Shown here piece by piece: positions 15,101 to 30,100 of a stretch of DNA of 64,000 bases. The notes beneath the pieces were generated by a model. It had not been told where the DNA came from. It saw only the letters and a program-made list of their open reading frames with translations, and made no database searches. The stretch comes from Hydrolagus affinis. Lineage: Eukaryota. Where the stretch lies: assembly GCA_012026655.1 (NCBI GenBank), contig JAAILG010001228.1, positions 1-64,000 of the forward strand, written 5' to 3'. A program made the translations under genes and the position numbers. Position 1 is the stretch's first letter, and every line of letters begins with the position of its first letter.

Positions 15101-18100
15101 AAGACTAGTGCCATATAGCCTTCTCGATGAGCGAACTAAAAAGTCAAACGGAGACAGTCTACGTGAAGCGATTCGCACTTTAATTGGCTACGGCTACAAC
15201 ATTGAACCATCAGACCAGGAGACAAGTGAGTGTTAATTGTAAACTGAATTGCATCTTTTCTCTCCATGCTAACCTGGGTAAAATTAAGCAAAGATACCTA
15301 ATGAAATAAAATGGAATGTGAGTGCTGGTCACTGGCTTCCAGAAGCATACTCAGTGGGAGTGGAATAGTGAATAAGGGGAGCAACTCAATATAATTTTGC
15401 CATTATTCAGAAATCACCAACAAATTGATTAATTAGTTCTTCAATCTTATTGGTATTTTGGGATGAAAGGAAGCCACCAGTAAAAAAAAACACAGCAGTG
15501 TTCACAGTGGTAACTATCTATACTTTTGACATAATGCCTTTCATGTTGAGAGAATATCACAAAGCGCTTCACAGGATTTACTGTAAATAGTAATGAGTGT
15601 ATATTCTGTAAGTTAATTATGTACATACAGTATATTTGATATATTAAAGTTATGATACATCAACCACACCAATGACCTAGTACTGTGGCAATTTGGATTT
15701 TATCAACTGCTTTACATTTTTCCTTTATACATTTCCAGCTGCTGATAAGGTGGAAAAATTCAGCCTTGATAAGATCCGCTTCTTCCGAGTGGAAACATTC
15801 CACGCAGTCAAGACCGGGAAGTGGTACTTTGAATTTGAGGCAGTGACGGCAGGAGAAATGCGTGTCGGCTGGGCAAGACCAGGGTGCAGTCCCAATGTAG
15901 AATTAGGCGCTGACAGACACGCCTTTGTCTTTGATGGCTCCAAGGTATGTGACTGGTGTGCCTAGCATCATTGATTGCACAGGGCAGGCTGTCGAAAGAG
16001 ACTGATGTTTGATTCAATTTATAAATACAAAATATATAACAACAACAGCAAAATTACATTTGTATAGCACTTTTCACGTTGGGAGGACAGCCCAAGGCAC
16101 TGAAAAGTCAATATTTCAGACCTGAGTTGGGGTTGGGATCGGGGAAGGTGAGGGACCATCAAAGTGGAGGGTCTTGAGGTGGGACTTGAAGGAGGCCAGG
16201 AAGGGGGCGACGCCATAGGATTATGAAGGGATTTCATAGCTATGAAAAAAGGCTTGTGGGGAAAACATTCTGTGAGAATTATGCACAGTGCCTCTAGCAT
16301 TATAGATTATGATGGGGGAATTTTAAAGGCAACGAATATAACACTCAACAATTTTCCCCATAGGTAGATTATTTTGCATATCAGTTCTGCTGACAGATAA
16401 GAAATTCCGAAGCTTGCTTAATAATAAAGTGCTCTATATTAATATTAGAGCAGTCCATTCTGACCTTTGGAGATCTAACAAGTGACTTCTTATTTACAGA
16501 GCTGTCCTTTTTAAACAATGTCAGTAAAATATGGCACTATTCGAAAAGACATCGGAGTTTCCTGGTGTCCTGTTACGATGGCCCCTATTTGTTTGCAGGG
16601 ATCTGCCATGACCATGCCACTGAAGCTAAATAGCCCCCGAGTTTCCTTTGCTCCATTCTACACCATTACCACTGCTAAACTTGTATATCAGGTCCTCCTA
16701 CCACCTCGCCACCCCTCCTCCTACAATGAGTGTTCATCATCGCATCATTGTCCAGAATTAATGTATTGTCCTCATGCATATGTCAAAGCCACAATGGCAA
16801 TTTGTCGCCTGTACCTCTGGTACAGGTATAAGGCACAACCTCTCCCCAATATGAATGTATCAAAAGACATAATGCCATTTCCAACAAGGCTGTTGGCCTC
16901 AGACACTTTGTGTCTGAATGCAAAAGCAGCATTTGTACCAAGCTCATCTCAGGTGTCCAATAACGTAGAGTCATCGACACTGGCAGCTGCTGGTTTTCAG
17001 TGATGAAATGTTGGCGTTTGCTTATGTTGCATGAAACATGGGAAGTCTGACAGTTGGCGTTCACATGTCTGGGTTCCCCAGGACTCATGATATCCATCCA
17101 TCCGCACCTTCAATGATATGCAGTTGTTCCTCTCTTACTGAAATTCCAGTCGCAGATGTTAATGCCTCCTGTCTATCCTCTACACCAGTTATATGGATTT
17201 TCTCAGCTAAACACCCCTGCCTCCAATTCTTGTATTGAACTCTTGGCCAACTTTAGTCCTCACTCAATTTGATCACAGATAGATATCATTACTTGTGCAA
17301 AGGTCGAATTGTGTTTTATGTGTCCTTTAATGATCAGTGTTCCAATTAATTAGGTAACCTTTTCACCTCTAACACATCAAAACTGTTAAAAGAACCTGCA
17401 TAGGGTAATGCTACACTGTCATAAACGCTCTAACAAACGCATCTATTTAAAATATGCACGGATTTAACCCTTAAGACCCCTTTGCTAGGTATTAGAAAAA
17501 TTGTATAAGTGTTCAAATGTCTCTGCACATGAGCAAAGGACAGTTTTATGCACAATTATAACCCAGTGAGATTTCAGTTCTAAAATCTCTGGTGTAGTTC
17601 TGAATTATTGTACAAATTTTCAGAGAAAATAGCTAAAATAGCTAAATACAAAAAATATATTGATTGGATGGGTTTCTGGATTTTAGATTTATTCCAGACA
17701 GGAATGTCAAAGATTCTAGTACAATATTATTATCATTACAAATTGTAAGCCTCTTTTGAATGCATTGAATATGTTTTGGTGTTACAGGGATTACACCTGT
17801 AATGAATATTAGGTACCCCACTTCCTGGCAATATTACAGATTAGCAACAGACTGCGGAGTTCTTCTAAGAACTAGAGAAAACCAAGTACAGTATAAAGCT
17901 ATGGCTAAATTTAACAATTCTGCATGCTCTAAAATGCTGCAAGGAATGAAATCTAAACCTGGGTGGAATTTCTCCCCTGTAATTCTTCATAGATACTTGG
18001 GTGCGTCCAGTACATGAATGGCGCAAAAATAAAGATCAATGAAAATAATTGTGTTTCAATCTTCTCCTCCAGGGCCAATGTTGGCATCAGGGTGGCATTT

Positions 18101-21100
18101 ACTTTGGTCGTACCTGGCAATCTGGTGATGTGGTTGGCTGCATGATTGATATGGATGATAAATCAATGGTTTTTACTCTGAATGGAGAACTACTCATCAC
18201 AAACAGTGGCTCAGAACTCGCTTTTACTGATTTTGAAAGAGAAGATGGTAGGTTTAGTTTGGAATGTCATAATAACATCACCGAATTAAATTGATACAGG
18301 TGTCTGAATAGTGAATGACTGCTTGATGTAAAAGCAATTTCTACCCTTGATGTTTTATGGCTGTTTTGTCCACATAAATACAGTCAATTCACTTTACAGT
18401 ATATTCTATGAAGCGCTTGAGACATCTCAAAGATGTGATAAGGCACTATATCAAATGCTAGGATTATTATAAAGTCACACAATGTAATCATCCTAAAGTG
18501 AATCTGGAGACAAAAATACTGGGATGTTGTTCCAATCTGTATTATTTCATTAATGGGAACCAAAACAGAGTAAGTAACCTATATTTTCAAGTTATTCTTC
18601 ACACACATTAAGCAAGAGAGTTAATAAATGTTTTCAGATTTTTTTCACTAGATTGTACACACTTTTTCCCTTTCCAGGGCAATGCTCTGGAGTTGAAATA
18701 TTATGTGCGATTCGAAAGCTTTTATTTTAAAACCTGTTACATTAATGCATCTGGCTGAACAATTAGCACATCGACATTGCTTTAAAAATCAGGTAGCACA
18801 TTAAACTATAGGTTTTGTATAATAAATTGCCAATATTACTACGACATCAGATCCCAAATTGGCATGTGATTAAACCATCAGACCAATTTATCAATCCTTT
18901 TTCTTTATTTCCTCTCTCGCTCTCTCACAACCACAAGGTTTCATTCCAATTTGCTGTCTGGGCCTATCTCAGATAGGTCGGATGAACTTTGGAAGGGATG
19001 CAAATACTTTCAAGTACTACACAATGTGTGGTTTGCAAGAGGGTTTCGAGCCATATGCGGTGAATATGAACCGTGATGTAGCTATGTGGTTCAGCAAGCG
19101 CCTGCCACAATTTCATTCTGTGCCAAATGATCATAAACACATTGAGGTAAGCTAGTGATTTTATATGATTAAATGAATATTAACAATCACTCCAAATTAT
19201 TGCCATCATAAAATTAAATGATATTCTGCACCAACAATCTTTAGTGTTCTCTTCTGAATGAATGCTTTTTATCATATCCATCATTCTTGTTAGAAATTCA
19301 TTTGCATGAACATAACTAATACATGGAAATGGGAAGAATAATTCTCCATGCCAAAACTCAGGAAAATTAAACCAAAGCAGAATGACTGAAGTATTATAGA
19401 AAATGTCTGTTAAAATGTTGCATAACATTATTAAGATGTGAGTAAATGTAACTTAAGTTAGAATCTAATTTATAGATAACCAGGATTGATGGTACCATCG
19501 ATAGCCCACCCTGTCTAAAGGTCACCCACAAAACCATTGGCACCCAGAACTGCATTATTGAATTGGCATACTTCCGCTTGAGCATGCCAGTTGACTTTTA
19601 TTCAGTGTTTAAACGTGATACCATTCCACATGTGGCTCATGAGGAGGGCATTCTTGATAAGGATTCAATATCAGCAAAAACTAAACTAAGGTGAGTTCAA
19701 CTCAGTTGTATTGTTTTGCATGTTATATGAACATTTAGATTTCTTGGTAATAAGAACCTTAGTCTTTTAATTTATTCAACAAACCGGGGTGGGAAATGGG
19801 GAAATATTGCTTGCAATGTCTTTAATTGAAACAGGTTATCTGGATGTTTTGATTTATACTCGTTAAAGACAGCAGATTTTTAGACTTCAAATGTCCTGAG
19901 CTATCAAATGCAAAGACGAATCCATCAGTCTAACGTCAAAGTTTGATATGGATTTTCATGATGTGAAAGGTGCATGCTCAGAGTTACAGCCTGTGGAAAA
20001 ACTTTGAATTCTTATGCTCCTTAGGGGTGCCAGCCTGGATTGTGGCTTACCTGGAGATGACCTCAAAACAACAATGGTAATGTAAAAGCAATGGAAAGAT
20101 AACAATTAATATATCTCTGTATGTGGCACCCTATTCTCTAGACAAATGAAGTGAAGATCCTCATTCTTCCACTATTGGCATGCAAACGTTCAGCCATTTG
20201 TCCTGCTCTCTAGACCACTCTTCCAAAAAAAAACTGTCACATGCATTCCCTTTTTCGAGTTTCAAAAAGATTCCATCAGCCTGACTCTGACTCTGTTCCC
20301 GAATCCCTCTTGTGAATCTTTGTTGATGTGCTAGATGGGAGTAGCTCTAGAGAGCAGAAAGTGGTGTTGATCTTTGTAGGTCAGATCTTCCAATGCCTTT
20401 CACCAATATTCATTCTTTCTTTCTGTGCAGTATTATTACTCAGTGAAGATATTTGCTGGTCAAGATCCAACTCATGCATGGGTCGGTTGGGTAACTCCAG
20501 ACTACCATTACTACAGTAAGATGTTTGACTTAACTAAACATCGGACAGTCACCATTACACTGGGTGATGAGAAAGGACGAGTTCATGAGAGGTATGGAAA
20601 ATAATTTGAGAGATTATTGTAATGTGTTTCTTGTCAGCGTGGCAAAACACCTCCTATCACCATCATAACTTGTCCTAAAGTGCCTTGAATTCAAGGTAGG
20701 TTATGGGTATGGTTTCATAGGTGCCAACCACCCACCAGTTCCATACATAAAAGGCCATTCCTCATATTACAGCCGAGATACTGAGAGTAGGTAGGTTTAC
20801 TATTCTCTTGTCTGTGCTAAAATTAGTTAATTTCAACTGGTGTAAATACTACAGTTGACTTCAGTGTGTGTGATTAGGAAGGGAAGGAGGCAAGATGACC
20901 AGTGGAACCATACCCAACAGAAGTCGCTTATATCAGAAGGAAATGGGGAGGAGGAAATGAAAGGAATTAATTTTGAGTGCTATGAGGTTGAACTAAAGAA
21001 TTAAATTAGTATTTGGAGAACAATGGTCTTTTCCGGTCCTGTATATTTCGTATGTTCAACGTACAAGTTAAAAACAAAAAAAATTGGCAAATATTGGAAC

Positions 21101-24100
21101 AAAATTCATGAAAAGATATTTATTTTCCACAAGAGGGCGTTAATGATTTGTGACCAGGACAAGTCTAGTGCTACAATAGATGATATTTGGTGTATGAATT
21201 GAGCATAAGATTCATTCATCACGAATGGGCCTCAAAGCTGCAGCTGATCTTTGTGATTTGCCTCATTTTTAATTACGATGATAACACTGTGGAGCTGCAT
21301 AGTTCATGGTGTCTTATTAATTCACTCCAACTGTTCAGAGGAGGTTATTAACACCTATAGCCACATTGAATACAATGAAAATGTTGCTAATAAGCATCTC
21401 AGATGTTATCTTTAGATGGAGCGTTATGGAATGCTAAGATCTGTTTCTCCCATCTATTGTCATTCATAGCGTCAAGCGCAGTAATTGTTACATGATTTGG
21501 GCAGGGGATTTGGTCAGCGGCTCTCAACGATCAGCCCATAGTAATGTTGACCTCGAAATTGGTTGTCTCATTGATGTCGCGACCGGCTTGATAACATTCA
21601 CAGTCAATGGACGCAATGTTAATACTTCCTATCAGGTAAATAATAATACTGATCGCATTTGGTACAGCATTCAAAGCGCTCAAATCAGAATGTATTGTAA
21701 AGTGGATTGACTGTGTATTTTATGATAACCATGACGAAACACGATAACCAATTGTGCACAGCAGTGTCTCACAAGCAGTCGCGAGTGACCAGCTTTTTTT
21801 TAAGGGATCCGCCAATCGACTAAAAACTAGGTTCCTAACTGTCTGCTATGCAGACAGAGGTGTGTGGAGTAAAATATTTTGCCTAAGGTTTCGCCTTGCC
21901 TGGCCTGGGAATCAAATCCAGATCCTCTCGTTTGCAAGGCGAGCATGTTAACCACTATCCTTCGGGACTCCAAAGTAGTTGTTTTGTTCAAAGTTTTGTT
22001 CTAGAAACATATTGTCAAATTCTTGACAGAGCCACCCTTCTTAAGAGAATTTATCCAAATACTTGTTAAATAAAACAATGTACATAATAAAATGTTGAAA
22101 TGTGCTGGATTTTGTAACCGCCTTAATTGATAGGAAACACTTTCTATTTAAAACTGTTACAATTTGAAAAAAGTGAACAAAGTATACAGTATAAAGTATA
22201 AGTGAACAAAATATAGGGCAATTGCATGTGAATTGCCCTATTATTTAGATCCATGTTCAGGATTGCATGGACCATTTTCATCTCCCTCACAAATTGACAT
22301 TAATCAATTCCATTTGCTCCCTGTTGAATCAGGAATCTGGCCTTTTCCTTTACCCTTCCACCATTGACACACATTACTTTGGGGAGCAGTATTTCCAAGG
22401 GTTGATGACTATTGCCAGTAAAATATTATAAGTTGTATTGTATTACCTTAATGTTTCCTTAGCATTTAATCGAGTAAACTAACTTTCTTCAGGGTTCAGC
22501 CTGAGGATTTCTACTCTATTTATTCCTCCCACTTTTTTTTATCTAAACACTTTTTTTGTGTGCCACGTCTTCCCCCAATTGAGTGGACAGCCCCAACTCC
22601 TTTGACCAGCCCACTGCTAATGTTCTTTAACTGATGTCTAGGAAGTGCATGACAGCAACCAATTATCACACCTGCTGTATCGGAAATTACTGGCACTTGG
22701 TATCTCTGCATTCGGCCTGCTTTAGAATTTGTGAGTACAGTAATTACAAGGGCTTGCTGGTCCCCTGCCAGTTCATGACGTGACTTGTTACAGCTCCAGT
22801 GCAATGTGCCCACTTAATCCCCTTCATAATTTTAATAATAACTTGAATGATGTGTTCAGAGTTAGTCTGTGTTCATTTCCATTGATGTCAGATTTATTTT
22901 TCTTTTCTAATTCACATTGTTCTTTGATTTATGTCCATTGCAGTTACTGTCTTGCTATAAACCTTTCGTTTCTACACCTTTTCATAAGTACTTTGATCAT
23001 AGATGACACAGTATTTCAAGTGTCTGACCAAAGCTGTAAGATGCAGATGTGTGTTTCTGGCATCTGAATTATTTCCTTAATAATAATATTATTATTTCCT
23101 ATATTTCCATACTATGGATCCATTGGATACCGATAAATATTAATGCAGTACTTGGGTTTACGTAAATGGCAACACCTTGTACGGTATACACAATTTCTAT
23201 ATAAAGCAGCTCTGTAATACAAACAAATATTTAGAAGAACTCTTCTCTGCTGCAATAATACATCCTAATCTAGCCTCGAAAGGGCATTTCCTAGTGCCCC
23301 GGTACTGAGATTTCCATTTCCCACCCAGTCACCCCGACGACGATTGCTTCATTAGTGCCGAATTGTGAGAGCTTATCACTATGGAGTCATGCTCGGCTCG
23401 GCTGTGATAATCAGAAGACTTTTCACTTAGGATCGTTTACAGTTGTCAACTTCCGCTTGAGCCAAAACAAGGGCTTGGAGGTGAAAGGAAAAACTTAATT
23501 GTACCTCTCAGCTCTTCTCTCTTCCCACTACCCTCCCCCTTCTAAATAAAATTTAATTATTTTAAAAGTTAAACAAGTGTGTTTAAGGTTTATACAGAAA
23601 CCAATTTTGTTTTTTTACCAGGGACTTATTTGTTTCAGGTTGAGCCAAACACAAAGCTATTTCCAGCGGTTTTTATGCAAGCTACGAGTTCAAATATGTT
23701 CCAGTTTGAACTTGGAAAATTGAAGGTATGTGTGTTTAAAGCAATGTGCTTGGAGGTATAAAACTGTCACCATTTCTGCAAGTGGAAGATTCTACCAATG
23801 AGGAGATCCTTTCTGAGCAAGACAATGTGTACCCATGCCTCTGCCAGCTGAACTTTTGAGCCAACGAGCATGAAATGTGAGAGAACAGCTGTAGTGAATT
23901 GTTGTCAGACTATCTCTCTTCCTCACTTTAGAGAATGACTTTCACAGTAATTTGCCATGTAAAGAGTTGAGGCATTTGCCTTCCCCAAGTTAGTAGCATC
24001 ATTCGTTGACTTGAGCAATTTTGCGTAAGTATTCAGTTGAGTCCGAAGTGTTGCCAACAGAGCCAACCTACACGATGCCCCCGTCTCCCAAGTCGGAAAG

Positions 24101-27100
24101 GTCGAAAAACTTCTTGGGTCTGCAACAAGGGGAGCATGGAAATGCATTATCAAAACTAACCACCTTCATTCTTCAAAATGCTAATCTTCTTGAAATTCTA
24201 TCGATGAAGCCATTATACTTTATTTTGAAAGTAGTGTCTTCTAACTTGCTTCTCTCATGCAAGAGAGAGAAACAATCTGACAGTGATTCAACCCAGCTGC
24301 TCTTGCACATTTCCTGCTCGTTGGCGCAAAAGCACGGCCAGCAAGAGACTTGCATGCTGAAATTTGCAGTCTGATTTAGGGAGAAATTGCACCTGGGTCT
24401 CAATTTATTATATTTACGCAACATTCAAGAGCATCCAGAATTTGAAATTTCTTAAATATAGCCTAATTCTGCAGCTTTTTTTCTGTGAATTCTTTGAAGT
24501 CTGGCCCCAGATTTTAAAACCTGTGCTTGTAAAATCAATTATATCCAGCTCTTAATGAAGACTCCATCTGTAGCTCCATTTAAGTTTTGTTTGTCCCCGG
24601 GCATTTTTTTCTATTTCTCTTGTCCTCTTTGTGTTGCAGTAAAACATATAAATATGTTGTATAAATAGACAAAGGAAATGACAAACATTGTTAGTAAGAG
24701 TTTTAATGGTAACATTCACTTTGGTCTTGTTGTGTATTGAACAGTTTCATATGTTCTGCTTCCTTCTACAGAACACTATGCCTCTATCTGCAGCGATGTT
24801 TAAAAGTGAAGAAAGGAATCCGATCCCTCAGTGCCCTCCTCGGCTTATTGTGCAAATGATCACACCAGTTCTCTGGAGTAGAATGCCCAATAAATTTCTC
24901 AATGTGGAGACAGCACGGATTAGTGATCGTCACGGCTGGGTGGTGCAAAGCCTGGATCCTTTGCAGATGATGGTGGTGCATATCCCTGAGGAGAATAGGT
25001 CAGCACACCTTAAATTGCTACTTGTGTATATTTTGTTTGCGTGTGTGTATACTTTTACCATGGTTAATATTGATTTCTTAACTTGTTTAAATCTTTAACA
25101 TAGATTAAGTAAAATGCTTCTGGGTTGGAGCGTGAATAACAATTTTTAAAAAATCACAAATATAGTGGGGGATAAATGACCAGTGCTGTTAAGATACATG
25201 TAGCCATTTTTGTCAAAAAATATGAAACGTGAAGATCTATTCTTGCAGGTGTTTTGGTTCAGGTTCCGTCCACTTACATGAATAATTAAAATGTGCTAAT
25301 GAGTTCTGATACTTTCAAATAAGTCCTTTTTGAGTCGTGTGAATGCAAATGTAAATGAAATGTGAGGCACTTAGAAAACTTTTCAGTTTTCTTCTAAAAC
25401 AGGGTATGTTTGTAAATTGGAATGCCTATAAAATATTTCAATGTAGGGTTACCATCATATTACTCGGTCCTGATCTTTAAATCCAGTATCAGAAGAGCAA
25501 CTTTTGTTGTGCATTTCCAAACCAGTTTAACTATATTGACTAATGATATGTGGTTTGTGCTTATGTCAAGTTTTTTTTAAAGCAACATTGATGCATATCG
25601 ATGCAGATTAAATAGCTAGAGCCCCAGTATCCATCAGGGCAGAGTATTGTTGTGTATTATCTCTAGATGGTGTCTAGATGTGACACTTCTCACATTTCCA
25701 TGTATCTACTCGCTCCATCACTTGTGTTGCTTTTACATTTTCAGGTGCTTGGATATCTTGGAGCTATCTGAATCTAAAGAGCTTCTCAAGTTCCACTACC
25801 ATACATTGAAGCTCTACGGTGCTCTCTGTGCTTTGGGTAATAATCGCGTAGCGCATGCACTGTGCAGCCATGTTAATCAAGCACAACTGCTTTACACAAT
25901 GGAAAATGAGTATCTACCAGGGCTTTTACGCAGTGGATTCTATGATCTACTGATCAGTATTCATTTACAATCAGCAAAACAAGCCAGATTGATTATGAAC
26001 AACGAATTCATCATTCCAGTAACTGCCGAAACCAGGAGCATAAAGTTATATCCGGAAAAGAATCGGGCCTATGGTCTTCCAGGAGTTGGCACCAGCACTT
26101 GTTTAAGACCTCAAATGAGCTTCTCAACACCTTATTTCATTAGCAACAGTGAAGACACCCGTTTGCACAGCCCAGAGATCCCACTCAATGTTCTGAAGGT
26201 CAAAACCATTGAGATGCTGACTGACGCAGTGACCGGCGGTGGCCATTACATCCGAGACCCTGTTGGGGGAAGCATAGAATTTCATTTAGTTCCTATCCTC
26301 AAACTGGTTAAGACTCTGCTCATCATTGGTGTGCTTGACAACAATGATGTCCAACAGATCTTGCTTTTGATTGATTCCGATGTGTTTGGTGAGCCCAAAG
26401 AGGAGGTGATAGAGGAAGAGAAAACATCAAAGGAACTGGTCACCAAGAACGAAGAAAAGGCTGTGGAGGCTGGTGAGGAAGCAATGCAAGCAGCTCAGAC
26501 TCCCTTAAAAGGATTATTGGAAAAGACATTACCAGAGTCAGTCAAATATCAGGTAGAGAATATAGGAAGATTCAGTTGTTTGTAATTTCCTCTACCTTGT
26601 GTCAATTTAGCCAGTAATTATAATAATAATAATCCTTACATTTGATAAAACACCTTTTACCTCAGGAGGATGTCTCAAAGCTCTTCATAGGATATACTGT
26701 AAAACGCAATAACTGTATTTTGTATGCAAACGTGATTCTGTCACCCTTGGTGTTATATTCATTATGTTCAGAATTTACAACTGTAAATTGATAACTATTT
26801 GAATGTATCCTCAGAAACAATTTTCAGGTTTTTCAAAAACACAGCACACAATCAATTTTATTTGTATAGTTTGATGGACCTTTTCTATTCTGCCACTATT
26901 CCTTCTGTACAAAATCTCATCTTTCCAGGACTCCAAACCATTTATCAGTGCTTTCAGTCTCTAAAGTTTCTATAATGATCCAGAAACCAACTTCTTGAGG
27001 AAGTGCAGTAAGAATGAGCGGCTCCTATTACTTAAAAACTGTAGTTATGGCAAAATTATCTGATCAGCTACAAACCATTTTGGAATCTGATTTCTCTATT

Positions 27101-30100
27101 GCTATTCATTTGTTGGAAAGAAAGAATTGTACAGTAACTAGGTTTCTGTTCTGGTTTCAAGATGTGTGAACTCCTGCACTACTTTTGTGACTGTGAACTA
27201 CGACATCGGGTGGAGGCCATTGTTTCTTTTGCAGACACGTTTGTTGCAAAGTTGCAGAAAAACCAGAAATTCCGTTACGATGAACTTATGCTGGCGTTCA
27301 ACATGTCAGCAGCCCTCACTGCCAAGAAGACCAGAGAGTTCCGCTCACCTCCTCAAGAACAGGTGATGTCTCTTTTCCTGTAGGTGGACCAGAAATGGCG
27401 GGTACTCTGTAGATTATTTGTAGCCTCAAGTTTAAGCTTGAAGAACCGTGTTGATTAGGAAATGAGTTTTGATCGGCGAATTCAAGTCCATTGTTTCGTT
27501 ATTGAGCTGTATAATATGTTGGAACTATGGGGGATGGAGTTCATATTTATGCTTATAGTCTATAGTTACAAAAAGTGAGGAGTTTATAAGTTATAAATGT
27601 GTGGGTTGTTTCCTGAGGTCATCTCATATCATAGCACAATGTGATTAACTTGGCAGTATTGTAAAGTGGGCTTTATTTTTCTGCATATGAATTTTTTTTC
27701 TTTTATTAATCTACACGAGAAGGGCTTAACTCTGTTTGTCATCTTTTCTTGCAGATTAATATGTTGCTGAACTTTAGGAACGATGATGATTCCACCTGCC
27801 CCGATGAGATGCGTGAAGAGTTGTATGACCTCCACGATGACCTTCTAACGCACTGTGGTGAGCAGTTAAACTCTTGCAGATGAACCATTTCAGGGTGTAA
27901 AATTTCATCTCCAAGTTAAGCCAAAATATGACAGTTATTTATAGAGTGAGGTTAACATTACCCTGTAGCCTTGTCATAGTAAAAACTCAAGGAATTGCCT
28001 TGGAAGAGAGAAAATGGTCTTTGTCTCCTCACAAACTTTGACAGGGCTGCCCAATAAACCAGGATCCTCTTCACTTGAATAATCAGTGCAAACTCCAATT
28101 GTGTGAGATGCAGCCATGTACTTGCATTGATTTTGTCAAGTGGAGTGACCTTGAGTTGACCAAGCGAACGACACTAGAGCCCTGGCACTTGCAAAGAGCA
28201 TAGGTCAAGAGGCATCCCGATTTGCAACCTGTGTGTGTGCTCATAATAGCTGGTGTTATTCAAGCAGACGAGGCACACCATTTCCTAAGTGACAACAGAG
28301 TCGAGTTCTCTCCTCTTGCATCCTGTAAGACCAAGAATACATTTGGAGATTTTCAATGCCAAATCCTCTTCTACAGGAATACCTCTGAGTCAACCTAATA
28401 ATACATTTTATTGGTAAAAAGGGAATCTGTGCAGTTGTATAACAAAATATTCCCACTCCTCTGGTACCCATAACCGGAAGTCACTACTAGAAATTTTTTG
28501 AAAGGAAGTACAGGACAAACTTTTCCATGTGAAAAGAAATCCTGTCATAATCTAATAATGATCCTTGCATTTGATCCAGTGTGTTATACATCGGGGGTAT
28601 GTCTCGGAGTGCTTCACATGATATACTGTAAAGTGTAGTGGCTGTGTATTTTTTAGGAGAATGTGACACTGATTTGCAAAAGGCAGTGTCATTTGCATCG
28701 CCATGATGACATTGCATAGCTAATCCATGCAACAGCACACAAGATAGAAGGTGGCCATTAAATTACACCCATTGATGTACAGCTCATATTTATCACAGCA
28801 ATCAGTCTCATTTACAGATATGAAAGGAAATAAAAGACAATATTTCAGAGTTGAACCAACTTTGCCTGTGAAAGAAAAATATGGATTTTGTTAATTAAAG
28901 GAGCAGATTGTAATGGTTTAATGATTGTAAAGGGCAATATCAGGACAGAAAATAGGAAGTATCTTTTTATCCAAACATTAATTAACAACTGGCACCAGCT
29001 GCTAGGAAGTATCATTAAGACCAGGATGCCAGACTAGTTTAAGAATGACTTGCTATAGTTAAATCAAAATGGACATCTTTTTAACTTGGATCTCAGCTTC
29101 AGAAATTCTTGTAAATGTAAATTCTGGCACTTGGGCTAGGAACCTGTCAATCTTCCCTGAGTTCTACACTTTCTGCTATTCAGGAATTGATAGTTTATTT
29201 TAGGAAGGATATAGAGGGTATCCAGTGATGATTTGCTAGATTAATACTTGGGCTGAAAGGCTTAGCATGATCAGAGGCTGAGGTGACAGTGGTTAAATTC
29301 CTTCAAGCAGAGGAGGTTAGGGGATGTCTTGATTAAAGTATTGAAAGCAATTGATAGGCCAGATATTCAACAAGTCTTCCCTTAGTTAGACAAACCCATT
29401 ACATGGGGCCATGGTCTTAAATTCAAAACCAAGGGAGTTACAAATGAGTTCAGGAAACATTTCTTCACCTGAGTGTACATGGAAATGTGGAATGCTCTCT
29501 AATCAATCCTGCATGGAGGGTGGGTGGAGGAAGATAAGAGGGGTCTCCTTGGAGCTGAACTGACTGCAAGGTGAAATGACTGGCAATGGAATGTCGAAAT
29601 CGAGCCAACCCTCATTGCCATCTCAGTAGTCCAGTTGCTGAGCCAGGCAGATCCACAGCACTGTAGAGCACTGCTGATGACAACGCAACCAGCCTGGCTC
29701 AACCACAGGACCTGGAAGGGCACATTGGCACAATATCATTCCTGTTCCAGTCTTATAGTTCTGAATGTCAACTAGATATGCTGTGTTCCGCAAGCGCTCT
29801 GAGATGATACCCTGCATGGTGGGTGCTGTATAAGTGCAAGTTGGTGACGTTGTATACATCTGTTCCCCTTGTCTGTAGGAATTCCAAGTGAAGAAGAGGA
29901 GGAAGAAGAAAAAGATGAATCGTTGATGGGAAAACTCCTTTATCTAGTGCATAAAATCAAAGGGAAGCCAAAGAAAGTGGATGAGCAACCAACTGAAGAG
30001 GAACAAAAAGCCCCCAGTAAGTCCCCGCAATTATTATTTGAGGGTGGTGGGGGGAGGAAAGTGAAATTATTGATACCTGAAACCAATATCAACCACCTGT

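Noticed and set aside
16518-17238. 161-aa + ORF and overlapping 104-aa - and 66-aa + ORFs
   Set aside because: No recognisable protein; begins in a DeuSINE-like relic; the RyR frame is complete without it
19690-20431. Apparent frameshift between exons w23 and w25 suggesting a pseudogene
   Set aside because: Resolved by the 52-nt exon at 20025-20076; no stops anywhere in the spliced frame
28000-28471. Minus-strand acceptor (tcttacag) and 71-aa ORF as a possible nested exon
   Set aside because: All three frames stop within about 25 codons of the acceptor; no homology
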